Source: Spirochaetota bacterium
GTDB lineage: Bacteria > Spirochaetota > UBA4802 > UBA5550
DNA: 64,000 bases
Direction: 5' to 3'
NCBI GenBank assembly: GCA_963664815.2
Contig: CAXXHB010000003.1
Coordinates: 1,792,001 to 1,856,000, forward strand
The translations under genes were made by a program, and so were the position numbers. Each line of letters starts with the position of its first letter. Within the stretch, counting starts at the first letter, position 1. The notes beneath the pieces are model-generated. The model saw only the letters and a list, made by a program, of their open reading frames with translations, did no database searches and was not told the DNA's origin. Shown here in pieces: positions 38,589 to 47,770 of this stretch.

Positions 38589-40108
38589 TTCAACTCCTTA
38601 AACATCTTCTCTATACAATTATAGACGTTTTTAAAATCACTGTCAATCCAATAATACTTTTCGTAATCAATTCTTTTTGAAGAAAACTGTGCTGTTATAT
38701 CTGCATCAATTCCTGATTCAGCAACATACTGTTCCATCGATCTGGCAAAAAGTTCAGTCGGAGTCAACATATATTCAAGGTGGGCTCTTGTCGCACTGTC
38801 TTTTGTAAAGTTTTTAAGTGATTTCAGTTCTTTACATAAATCAGTCTTTTCGATATTTTTAATTATATCCGTGTATAGTTTCCCTGCTGACTCTGGAAGC
38901 ACCTTCATATCTACCCAGTGGAAAAACTCATGGATAAATGTAGATTTCTCATAATTGATTCCAGGTTTAATAGCTAAATGACCACTTTTAAAATGATATG
39001 CCTGGGTATTTATAAAATATGGATCTGATGTATTCATTTGAACCACTGTTAACGGTCTGACCTTAGCTGTGTCGATTGTCATCAACCTGCCTATTGAAGA
39101 AAGAGCCTCATTGACATTTTTTTTAAGCGCGGGGTTATCAATGTTGATTATTGTTCTTCCTGTCAGGTAATTATTACTTCCCGAATTGAAATTTGCAGTT
39201 TCATTACCTGGCCTGATTGTTTCAAAGTAGTTATCATCAACCGAACCTGTATATGCTTTCTCAGAAGCTTCTGGACCCAGTGCAGGTTCCGCCCAGCATC
39301 TGCAATTATAGTCCTCTCCCGGATGAAGTGCTTTTACAGTATTACCTGATTGAACCATTGGTGGATTATTCCAGTTATGATAGGTTCCCTCAAGCGCGAG
39401 ATGGCTGTCTCTTGTTCGACGTCCTCCTACACATCTCCATATATATCCTGGAATTCCGGCTTCTTTCTGTCTTAACCTCGTTGTTTCACCAAAGAACTTA
39501 GAGGCTTGGTCTCTTGCCCAGAACCTGGCTTTAGATTCATTTACTCCTGTAAATCTTCTGAGTTTGTTGCCGATTTCAAAATTACCTTCGCCATTAAGAA
39601 TGCCGTTTTTAACGATGTCATTCATCTCTGTAAAGTGTTCTTTGTATGCATCATTTATCAAACCAACATTCTGTTTAACAACATCATCGATGAGACCTTC
39701 ATTCAGATTTTTCCTGAGATTAATGGATGCCATCCAGAGTTCTCCAGGCATATTCTTCGGGGTAACTCTCCCGGTAACTGAAGGTTGTTGTGGAGTATTC
39801 AGCCTGGTATAAAGTTTTGTTATCGCATCGTTGGTTTTATCCCTGCTCCAGGCATCAATAAGAGCGAAGTTTTTCCTGATCTTTCCTTCAATTTCGGAGG
39901 AGTTTATCTTATCACCATACTCTGCCCTTAAATCTGCCATGAAAACCATCATCTGGGTTATTGAATCAGCTCTTACGGTGTTATCACTGTCAGATTTTAT
40001 TTCATGTTTAAGTTTTTTAATGATTTCATTGGTGTATGGTATAGCAAGCTGCCTGAACTCCTGCAGAAAGTATTTCTGATACTGTTTTTCCAGCGCAACA
40101 GGATACAT
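38579..40108 (-). CDS. MuF / SPP1 gp7-like minor head protein with C-terminal zincin-like extension
   Basis: ARDQASK, YIWRCVGGRRTRDSH, HPGEDYNCRC; then IHEFFH and PTELFARSMEQY. Confidence 0.85.
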   Translation of the reverse strand: MYPVALEKQYQKYFLQEFRQLAIPYTNEIIKKLKHEIKSDSDNTVRADSITQMMVFMADLRAEYGDKINSSEIEGKIRKNFALIDAWSRDKTNDAITKLYTRLNTPQQPSVTGRVTPKNMPGELWMASINLRKNLNEGLIDDVVKQNVGLINDAYKEHFTEMNDIVKNGILNGEGNFEIGNKLRRFTGVNESKARFWARDQASKFFGETTRLRQKEAGIPGYIWRCVGGRRTRDSHLALEGTYHNWNNPPMVQSGNTVKALHPGEDYNCRCWAEPALGPEASEKAYTGSVDDNYFETIRPGNETANFNSGSNNYLTGRTIINIDNPALKKNVNEALSSIGRLMTIDTAKVRPLTVVQMNTSDPYFINTQAYHFKSGHLAIKPGINYEKSTFIHEFFHWVDMKVLPESAGKLYTDIIKNIEKTDLCKELKSLKNFTKDSATRAHLEYMLTPTELFARSMEQYVAESGIDADITAQFSSKRIDYEKYYWIDSDFKNVYNCIEKMFKELKWK

Positions 40109-40236
40109 TTACAGGTTCCGTAACTGTTTTATGTCGCATTGGCTGTGAATGTTTTTATATACCCTGTTATTAACGTTAAAAGGGCTTCCAAATACTTCCA
40201 AACCTGAAAACAGGGCATATATATGATGCGACATAA

Positions 40237-41625
40237 TCATTCCTGAAAACCCCCATTATTTTGAGAGCTGTCCGGATTGGCATTTTCACCGGTTTTTTCT
40301 CCCTCCGGTAGAGGTTTTGTTTCGAAACTGACAGGCTGTCCTTCCCATTCTTCAAACTCTTCCAGTTCATGAAAACGCATCTGTTTTACTTCTGAAGGTG
40401 AGATTACCCCCTTATCAATATAAATGCCGTCTCGCTGGCCTTCTTTGAGCTCGCGATCGGCCTTTTCTTTAGGATCTTCGGTCCATAAAGGATTGAATTC
40501 AGCTTCCCAGTCAAGTGATGATGTATTGCCATCCAGAGCATCATATATCGCGCCATTTCGTTCGGCGATTACAAGACCGATAAGCCAGTTAATTACACCC
40601 CTTACATCAGTCTCCTGAAACTTAGCAATACCATCATAATACCCGCGCAGATCAAACTGACCGGATGTGATTACACCCTGGCTCTGTCCCATAAGCCTGC
40701 TCTTTGGCATCCTGGACATGCCTGCCAGATTCTCCATGATAAAATCAAATGCCTCTTTGAGAAATCCTTTACCGGCTTCTGTGCCGATGATCCGCGTCAG
40801 CTCCTCGTCCTCAGCAATTCCCATGCAGCTCTGTGTTGACATAACTGCTTTCATGTTCAGGAGCGTTTCAGCTACCTTTGCAGGCGGCATTCCTTTAAAG
40901 TCCGGGGATTTGAATACCCATATTGCCATTTCATAAACAATAGTTGCCACTGACCATAAAGCCGAATCCTGTGCAATCACAGGATCAAGAATTGTGGCTA
41001 TCACGGAGATCCCTTTACGTTCCTCCGGCATATAGTTTCTTACCATATGCCAGAGCCTGGACTCATGTACATCGTTACCTGCAATGTAATATTTACGCTT
41101 GTGGTAATATTTTGAAAGCGGGTTCACCGCTGAGTCAGTAATCGAAACATAGTCCGGGCCGAAAACATTTATATAATCGATCTGATCAATTTCAGGCATA
41201 GGGTTGGCAAGTTCAGAATAAATCTGTGGTTTAGCAGATTTAATTCCAACATACATGAATCCGCCTTCCTGGTACATTCGTGAAAACCTTATCAGATCCT
41301 TTATCTTTCCCCTGGCTTTCAGATCATCAAGTCTGTTCATTATGAGCCTGGATATACCCAGACCTTCAAGTCCCTTTTCAATATCATCAGTATCACGGTT
41401 TGTTTTGATGGTAATCCATTCTCTGACAGCATCTTCCGCAGGAGCGTCAACGACTGTTTCAATAAAACCATTGGACATATAATACTGACGCATTGTGGGC
41501 GCAGAGAAACCTTTAGCATGAGGCTGTAGCCGTTCCAGTTTGTCTCTTGATGTACCGCGTCCGGTTTGAAATTCCGTCATGGAATCATATCTATTTTCTA
41601 GCGGTGTTGCTGATTTTTTTGTCAT
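40237..41625 (-). CDS. Portal protein (DUF1073 family)
   Basis: VVDAPAEDAVREW, VHESRL, MPKSRLMGQS, DLRGYYD, EFNPLW. Confidence 0.87.
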   Translation of the reverse strand: MTKKSATPLENRYDSMTEFQTGRGTSRDKLERLQPHAKGFSAPTMRQYYMSNGFIETVVDAPAEDAVREWITIKTNRDTDDIEKGLEGLGISRLIMNRLDDLKARGKIKDLIRFSRMYQEGGFMYVGIKSAKPQIYSELANPMPEIDQIDYINVFGPDYVSITDSAVNPLSKYYHKRKYYIAGNDVHESRLWHMVRNYMPEERKGISVIATILDPVIAQDSALWSVATIVYEMAIWVFKSPDFKGMPPAKVAETLLNMKAVMSTQSCMGIAEDEELTRIIGTEAGKGFLKEAFDFIMENLAGMSRMPKSRLMGQSQGVITSGQFDLRGYYDGIAKFQETDVRGVINWLIGLVIAERNGAIYDALDGNTSSLDWEAEFNPLWTEDPKEKADRELKEGQRDGIYIDKGVISPSEVKQMRFHELEEFEEWEGQPVSFETKPLPEGEKTGENANPDSSQNNGGFQE

Positions 41626-43071
41626 TTAAAATCTCCTGAAGAAGTTGGCGAGGCCGCTGTAACGATCTGCAATTCTGGGCTTACCGAGTCCCAGCTGCTG
41701 GATAAGCCCGGCAAGGGAGTCAGCCGCATCTTTCTCTTTTGATAATTCTGTATATTTTAAAACCTTTTTCAAATACTCAGGTGTTACATTCTTCGAAAAA
41801 TAAATATTATGCCAGTTTTGTTTGACATAATTGATGATCCGGAAATGTTTATTCTTTATACTTTCAATTAGACCGATGTTCAATCCCCGTTTTTCAAGCT
41901 CATACTTCATAATTCGCTGAGCTTGGTTTGATTCAATCCAGAGTTTATTAAGTTTCTCCTGATCATAAATCCGCTCAAGAGTGTTATATGTTTTATCAAT
42001 CTCTCCTTTCCAGACATACCCGCCAGTGATAAAAGCTTTGGCTTCAGTTTCACTGATTATTTCAATTCCGCCGGTGGATAAAGCAACATCACAGTCTCCA
42101 CCAAAGGCTGGATCGGTATAGCCAATACGCGGCATTCGATCAGATGCTTCTCTAAAAACCGGATCATTAAAAATCCTATCTATAAGATCAACAGGTGTCT
42201 GCTGATAAAGAGCCTGAAATATTTTTTCACCAACTGATTCCCTTATATCCTGAACTTCCTCCAGAATATAAGCTTCAGGCCAGAGTGGTATCCCATTACT
42301 GTCAAGCATCGGTAATGAAAGAACATCCCATTTACCACCTTCTGATATAATCCCTTCCTGATCAATAAGCCTGCCGGCGAGGTCATTAGTAACCCATCTG
42401 GTCATTGGAATAATAATAGCAGCTCCGGGATAAAGTCTGGTACGTAAAACTGCCCTGTACCAGTCCCATATTTTGTTTTGTATAACTTCGGAGACAGCTT
42501 CAGAATAATCTTTAACTGGATCATCAATTACTGCAATATGGGCTCCATAACCTGTGATCCCTCCACGTGTTCCTGCCGCAATACATTTACCTCCTGCAGT
42601 TGTATGCCATTCACCAGCAGCTCGTTTATCTGATTTGATAACTGTTCCAGGAAATATCGCATGATACATTTCAGTTTCAAGGATATCTCTCACCCAACCA
42701 GTATACTCCTTTGCTTTATCATCGTTATAACTGGCTAATATAACCTCTCTTCGGGGATTTTTCCCAAACAGCCATGATATAAACATTTGAGATGTAGTAT
42801 AACTCTTGCTAAAACGGGGAGGCATATTGATTATAAGACGCTTTATTTCACCCCTTTCTACGGCTTCAAGTTTTGCTGCAATTTTCTGAATGTGCTCTGG
42901 TGAGACATATAATGGATCAATATATTTGGCATAGGCAAGGAGTTCATTTCTCCCAAAATTTTTTCCATAGAGTCTTCTATCAGATGGAAGAATCTTAGAG
43001 AACTTTTTTGTCCCTTCCTCAAGAATCGCTTCGAGTACAAATTGCATATTATCATGCATCAACATTTGCAT
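41626..43071 (-). CDS. Terminase large subunit
   Basis: INMPPRFSKS, ITGYGAHIAVIDDPVKD, MTRW..DLAG, ALYQQTP, DPA, DAADSL. Confidence 0.92.
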   Translation of the reverse strand: MQMLMHDNMQFVLEAILEEGTKKFSKILPSDRRLYGKNFGRNELLAYAKYIDPLYVSPEHIQKIAAKLEAVERGEIKRLIINMPPRFSKSYTTSQMFISWLFGKNPRREVILASYNDDKAKEYTGWVRDILETEMYHAIFPGTVIKSDKRAAGEWHTTAGGKCIAAGTRGGITGYGAHIAVIDDPVKDYSEAVSEVIQNKIWDWYRAVLRTRLYPGAAIIIPMTRWVTNDLAGRLIDQEGIISEGGKWDVLSLPMLDSNGIPLWPEAYILEEVQDIRESVGEKIFQALYQQTPVDLIDRIFNDPVFREASDRMPRIGYTDPAFGGDCDVALSTGGIEIISETEAKAFITGGYVWKGEIDKTYNTLERIYDQEKLNKLWIESNQAQRIMKYELEKRGLNIGLIESIKNKHFRIINYVKQNWHNIYFSKNVTPEYLKKVLKYTELSKEKDAADSLAGLIQQLGLGKPRIADRYSGLANFFRRF

Positions 43072-43624
43072 TTATACTCTTTCTGTTTTCTAATTTTTCC
43101 GGATCTTCATGGAGTATTCTGATACGGATTTCTTTTTCAATATGCGACCAATGTTTTTTTATTATATTGCGTACTTCGGGTACCTCTGCGAAGATTTCGA
43201 GCATGATCTGTATTACAACTATAATACTTACATCCTCTTGTGACTTTTTATCCAGCTTAATCAGAAATTCAGATACGGCTTTCCATGCATATAAACCGCC
43301 CTCTGCTGAACCAACCTTCGGAGCATTTTCACCAGTGAGCTGTTCATATAACTTCTCCTGAAGGGTATCAGCTTTATCCCTTATTTTTACTACCCGAGCC
43401 TGTTCAGCAACCTCCACAGTCTGCTTTGCAACAGTTCTTGTTTCATTACGGTAATCAATCCAGGTTCCGCCACGGCTGTCTGTTTTTTCTGCCCAATTCT
43501 TTATTGTATTAGGAGTTATTGTTATGCCAAAATCTTTTGCCAGCATACGGGCTGTTTCTTCGTAAGTCGTTCCCTGGATAAATAAAGCATATGCTCTGAT
43601 TTTTATAAAGTCCTGGTAAGCCAT
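43052..43624 (-). CDS. Probable terminase small subunit
   Basis: N-terminal HTH (TIKNWAEK..W); directly upstream of and overlapping terL. Confidence 0.65.
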   Translation of the reverse strand: MAYQDFIKIRAYALFIQGTTYEETARMLAKDFGITITPNTIKNWAEKTDSRGGTWIDYRNETRTVAKQTVEVAEQARVVKIRDKADTLQEKLYEQLTGENAPKVGSAEGGLYAWKAVSEFLIKLDKKSQEDVSIIVVIQIMLEIFAEVPEVRNIIKKHWSHIEKEIRIRILHEDPEKLENRKSINANVDA

Positions 43625-44019
43625 TATTTCAATGACCTCCATATATTGAAGGCAAACTGTGAAATGGAAAAAGCCGCTGCAGCGATTGATGTGTAAATAG
43701 CGAGTTTTAAAGCAAGAAGCTTCTTGTCCATCCTCTGGTTTATATTGGCCTGCAGGGAATGAATTTTATCAGAGCATGATATCTCTACTCTTTTGGTTTC
43801 AGTGTCAACCTTGGTGTTTGAGCGATCAACTTCTTTATTGAGGTTTTTATATGACTCTTCCAGTCTTATAATTCGCTCCGAATTTTTGCTGGCTTCGTGT
43901 CTCAGACACCGAATTTCATCTTCAATAACATCAACTTTCTTTTCAATGCCGTCAAATCTTGCATTAAGGTTGCTTAAACCTATAAGCACCTGGTCTATTT
44001 TATCAATTATTTCACTCAT
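43624..44019 (-). CDS. Coiled-coil protein with C-terminal TM helix
   Basis: Heptad-rich; hydrophobic C-terminus; GGAG RBS before ATG 44019; TAATG coupling to terS. Confidence 0.65.
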   Translation of the reverse strand: MSEIIDKIDQVLIGLSNLNARFDGIEKKVDVIEDEIRCLRHEASKNSERIIRLEESYKNLNKEVDRSNTKVDTETKRVEISCSDKIHSLQANINQRMDKKLLALKLAIYTSIAAAAFSISQFAFNIWRSLK

Positions 44020-44047
44020 TCCCGGCTCCGCAATTGATTCTATGCGG

Positions 44048-44117
44048 AATGTATTGGAATAAACTGATGTGCGCAAGAGGCAAGTGACTGCAACTGAGTT
44101 AAATCACTATTAACTGG
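44048..44117 (-). promoter_or_regulatory. Putative late promoter B
   Basis: TTGCGC-N17-TACATT; GTCACWTGCCTCTTGC shared with promoter A; two CAGTT boxes 20 bp apart. Confidence 0.55.
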
Positions 44118-44131
44118 CGTTAAAAAATATT

Positions 44132-44347
44132 TTATTCGAGGTAATTACAGGCTGGAGTATATGACTTATCCCGGAAATCACGAAGATCTTTAACACGGTA
44201 AAGTACTTTACGGCGAGAATATTTGAAAAAAGGAATTTTACCATCCTCCCTGTATCTTACAATTGTACTGTCAGACACATTGAGGATTGCCGCCGCTTCG
44301 CGGAGTGTGACCAACTCATCATCGCGGTATTTTGTGGTATCAATCAT
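44132..44347 (-). CDS. Small excisionase/MerR-like HTH protein
   Basis: LVTLREAAAILNVSDSTIVRY..GKIPF..VLYR..DL. Confidence 0.82.
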   Translation of the reverse strand: MIDTTKYRDDELVTLREAAAILNVSDSTIVRYREDGKIPFFKYSRRKVLYRVKDLRDFRDKSYTPACNYLE

Positions 44348-44387
44348 ACCCCGATAATAAATGGTACATAATACGGTGTCAAGTAAT

Positions 44388-44819
44388 TTACCAGCAAACG
44401 CCGGCAGAGGCTTTAATTCCTATAAAATCAGTTGAGGCATCAGCTCCTCCACCGATTGAAAATCTGCCAAACCTGTATAAATACATAACACCAATGTATG
44501 GATCGATACCAGAAGAATCAAATTTATATCCATATGACAGGGTGATAGAATGAACCCTATTAATCCAGTCGTTTGCTTCAGGAATGAGAGTTTTCGGGAT
44601 CTCCGTCGCAGCTTCACCTTTACCCTCAGCTATAGTTTTGAATTTTAAACTCTTCCCTGAAAAATCAAATGAATTATGAGTAATCTTCTCTCCGCTGATC
44701 TGTGTTGTTTTGACTTCGTCTGTTGATGTTCCTGGCTGTTGAAGAAAAAAGTATGCAATTACTGAACCTGTGAAGGCTCCTGTTAAAAATGCAGCTATAA
44801 ATAATCTGATTGTTTTCAT
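44388..44819 (-). CDS. Phage membrane protein: N-terminal TM, C-terminal amphipathic beta strands
   Basis: Hydrophobic N-terminus; ends IGIKASAGVCW. Confidence 0.65.
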   Translation of the reverse strand: MKTIRLFIAAFLTGAFTGSVIAYFFLQQPGTSTDEVKTTQISGEKITHNSFDFSGKSLKFKTIAEGKGEAATEIPKTLIPEANDWINRVHSITLSYGYKFDSSGIDPYIGVMYLYRFGRFSIGGGADASTDFIGIKASAGVCW

Positions 44820-44825
44820 GAGTTT

Positions 44826-44888
44826 ATTAAATGATGTTTTTTGAAAGAGGGCAAGGGCTATCTGGGATAAAGAGAATTAAACTGAAGT
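44826..44888 (-). promoter_or_regulatory. Putative late promoter C
   Basis: TTGCCC-N17-TTTAAT; ungapped 38-nt alignment with promoter A (CAGTT..ATTCTCTTT). Confidence 0.5.
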
Positions 44889-44907
44889 TTATTAGTAATA
44901 AAAAATT

Positions 44908-46062
44908 TTAAAAATTATCCTTTTTTCTCCTGATTTCCATTATATCATAAATTTCTTTTTTATGCAGCATGTTTTCCGGAAGGCATGCTATCTCCTGAAT
45001 ATCAATAGGAAAATAGCATAATTGATGCAGTAGTTCATCAACGGAAAGGACTTCATTTAAAATTAATTTGAAGGCTTTATATAAAAAAAGAGGTTTTTCT
45101 GTTTCAATTATATCATCTAAAGGTTCTTCCATTCTCCAATGTCTTTTGCTAATGTTTATAAACAGATTTGTCTTTTGATGTTCGGTAATAATTCCAAGCT
45201 GTTCACATCGCATTATCATTGCCTGAATTGAAACCTTCCATCTCTTTTTCAAATCAACAAAATTATCAAGTGTCGGCCATTTGACTTCTATTGGAAAAGT
45301 CGATTCCGGTAATAAAAATGAAGATGCAAATCTGTTTACCTGATTTTCTTGTATTTTAAATTTTGTTGAATTAGTCAGATCATTTTTATCGACATTACTA
45401 TGAAAAAGGAGATGCCCTAGCTCATGCGCCGCATTGAAACGCATTCTGACTGCTTTGATATCCGATTTATCAAAATTGAGAATAATAAATGGTCTACCGG
45501 TTATGTCATCCCACTCGGAAAAGGCATTCAATCCTTCAGCGTCCATCTGGAAACCTGTCATAATCACACCTTTGTTTTCAAGAAGCTGTGTAATGTTGCT
45601 TATCGGTCCATAATTAAGGTTCCAGAGTTTACGTACCTGGTTGGCGAATGAATCAATATCATTTTCTGTCAATTTATAGGGATCTTTTATCTCAAAGTCC
45701 GGAAAAGAGAGATAAACGGGATCTATATATTGTTCTAAAAATGCAAAAATTTCTTTTAATACAATATATCTTCCTCGAGCTGAGGTTCGCTGAATTTTTG
45801 TTGTATAACTCATCGACCTATAAAAAACAGGGCTGCTGTTTTCAGCTATACTATTTCTTAAAAAGAACTCTTTAGGAAAATTTAATTTATCTGCTATCTT
45901 ATTGAAAGTTTCGGGAGCTGGAGTTTTTTCTCCACTCATATACAATGATATCATCTGCCTTGAGATTTCTATCATACCCTGAAGACCGGCAATATTAACT
46001 CCTCGGATGTCACATGCCAGCTTTAATCTCTCCCCGTTAAAGCCGGGTGTACCTTGCTTCAC
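44908..46062 (-). CDS. XRE HTH + ImmA/IrrE (M78) metallopeptidase, RmrA-like
   Basis: FNGERLKLA..ISRQMISLYMSG; RMRFNAAHELGH; ENQVNRFASSFLLP; WKVSIQAM. Confidence 0.88.
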   Translation of the reverse strand: MKQGTPGFNGERLKLACDIRGVNIAGLQGMIEISRQMISLYMSGEKTPAPETFNKIADKLNFPKEFFLRNSIAENSSPVFYRSMSYTTKIQRTSARGRYIVLKEIFAFLEQYIDPVYLSFPDFEIKDPYKLTENDIDSFANQVRKLWNLNYGPISNITQLLENKGVIMTGFQMDAEGLNAFSEWDDITGRPFIILNFDKSDIKAVRMRFNAAHELGHLLFHSNVDKNDLTNSTKFKIQENQVNRFASSFLLPESTFPIEVKWPTLDNFVDLKKRWKVSIQAMIMRCEQLGIITEHQKTNLFINISKRHWRMEEPLDDIIETEKPLFLYKAFKLILNEVLSVDELLHQLCYFPIDIQEIACLPENMLHKKEIYDIMEIRRKKDNF

Positions 46063-46721
46063 TTCGCTTCCTCCTTCATCGCAATTTTCAGCATCGGCAT
46101 CGCTTCATCCCGAATCTCGGTAACAACAGGTTCGACAGGTTTTATTATGTTGATTGAATTACAATAAACATCCAGATTTATATTCTCTATATAAACATTG
46201 AAAGAAGGATCAGGAAATGCTATATTGGAAAATGACCTTTCTTCTTTTGAAAAAACAGAAGCTCTGTTGTGAGTAAGTATACCATATATCTTATCCTTTG
46301 TGCCATCTGATTTCATAGCATCAGCAGGGAAGAGATAGGGGGTTGAATCGTCATAATATATAGAATTTCCACGTGCAAGAGAGCACCTGAATTTCGATAG
46401 TTCAACCATACTCCCTGGTGATGCGATGGCTTTCTGAGTCAATATAATACTATCGGTTCGAAGGATCGTAAAGTTATACCCCTGTTCAGTGCGAGCATCC
46501 TCAATAATAAAACAGGAATATCTTCTGGCAATCTGTTTCAGGTTCTGGTCTGCATATGCATTGTATTCATAGGACAAAACATTCTTTGCCTGTGGATACT
46601 CAAAATTTCCATTTGCAATATTAGTTACGGCAAGGTTATATGCATGCTGCAGGCTGTTTTTCCACTCAATAAGAAATTCAACGGGTATTTCCAGATTTAT
46701 TATATCTTGTATCTTTCTCAT
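46059..46721 (-). CDS. Hypothetical protein coupled to the XRE-ImmA gene, candidate toxin (RmrT-like)
   Basis: GTGA overlap with peptidase gene; AAGGA RBS before ATG 46721. Confidence 0.6.
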   Translation of the reverse strand: MRKIQDIINLEIPVEFLIEWKNSLQHAYNLAVTNIANGNFEYPQAKNVLSYEYNAYADQNLKQIARRYSCFIIEDARTEQGYNFTILRTDSIILTQKAIASPGSMVELSKFRCSLARGNSIYYDDSTPYLFPADAMKSDGTKDKIYGILTHNRASVFSKEERSFSNIAFPDPSFNVYIENINLDVYCNSINIIKPVEPVVTEIRDEAMPMLKIAMKEEAK

Positions 46722-46978
46722 AAGCCATCCTTTTACATTAAAAGTCAATGTCAAACAATGGCAATATTATCATGAAAATGTCAATCAAAAATATTATGTC
46801 TCAAAAAAATGTGTTTCTTTATTACTTCCTACAAAGGGAGCTCCCGCTCCCCATTCTTATAACCAGTTTAAAATACACACTCATTCATCAAAGGAAGAAT
46901 GTTTTGCCCATTACATACACCTGTTATTGTAATATCTTTTCCCGCTTTTAACTCTGAAGCTTTTTAAACATCTTAAAA

Positions 46979-47530
46979 TTAAATCTTTTCTTCCTGAACT
47001 TTACTCTCCCACTTATTTTTTTCATAATAATCAAGTGTACTAAAACCATTTGGTTTTCTGTAGGTATAAAATGCTCGAATATGTTTCATTTTTCCTTCTT
47101 CTAATCCATACCCTGCTCCAAAAGGATTTTGTGGAAATGCAGCATTTATTTCATTATCAAAAATAACCAAATAATACGTACCATTTGAAGAGAAGTTATC
47201 TTTTTTATATTTACAAAATTCCTTTAGTTTATTTAAATCAATTTGCTCGGAATAATAATATAAATCCATTGTATCATTCCACGCTCCAGTTTGCTGATCC
47301 TGGGTTTTAACAAACTTATAAGGGTATTTGTTATCATCAACTTTTGAGGGTGAACCGGAATCGAATGCGGCTATAAGAAAAAATGATATTATTGCAGATG
47401 TTCCAAAATATTTAAAGACTTCCTTCCTATCTTTTTTTTCTCCCCACCTAATAATCAATTCTGGCTTAATAAGACCTGTAATTAATAATGCAATAGAAAT
47501 GAAAAGTAATAATCCAAAGAAATCAGCCAT
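46979..47530 (-). CDS. Hypothetical membrane-anchored protein in immunity region
   Basis: AAGGAG RBS; two N-terminal TM helices, soluble C-terminal domain. Confidence 0.7.
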   Translation of the reverse strand: MADFFGLLLFISIALLITGLIKPELIIRWGEKKDRKEVFKYFGTSAIISFFLIAAFDSGSPSKVDDNKYPYKFVKTQDQQTGAWNDTMDLYYYSEQIDLNKLKEFCKYKKDNFSSNGTYYLVIFDNEINAAFPQNPFGAGYGLEEGKMKHIRAFYTYRKPNGFSTLDYYEKNKWESKVQEEKI

Positions 47531-47770
47531 GGTTATTCTCCTTAAATTCAGATATTTATAATCATATTCAGGGTTTCTTTTAATAAAAGTTGTTAATGAC
47601 TTTTGTATATATTTACGTTAAAAATCACATCGCCGGCATTGTTGTTTCTTATCTTAATTTCTAAATCTTTTATGGAATCAATACCCGATTCCTCTTTACC
47701 GGATTTTACAGATTCAATGATCTGGTTCATATCTTTTATGATACTGAATTTTTCTCTTTCCATAAATTCC

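Noticed and set aside
24175-41482. Many plus-strand ORFs antisense to phage structural genes (e.g. 30368-30913, 36797-37408)
   Set aside because: Shadow frames of well-supported minus-strand genes; no RBS or motifs
40237-41625. Anti-CBASS Acb1 activity (label sometimes attached to DUF1073 proteins)
   Set aside because: No separate phosphoesterase domain with paired HxT motifs recognised; size and position fit a plain portal
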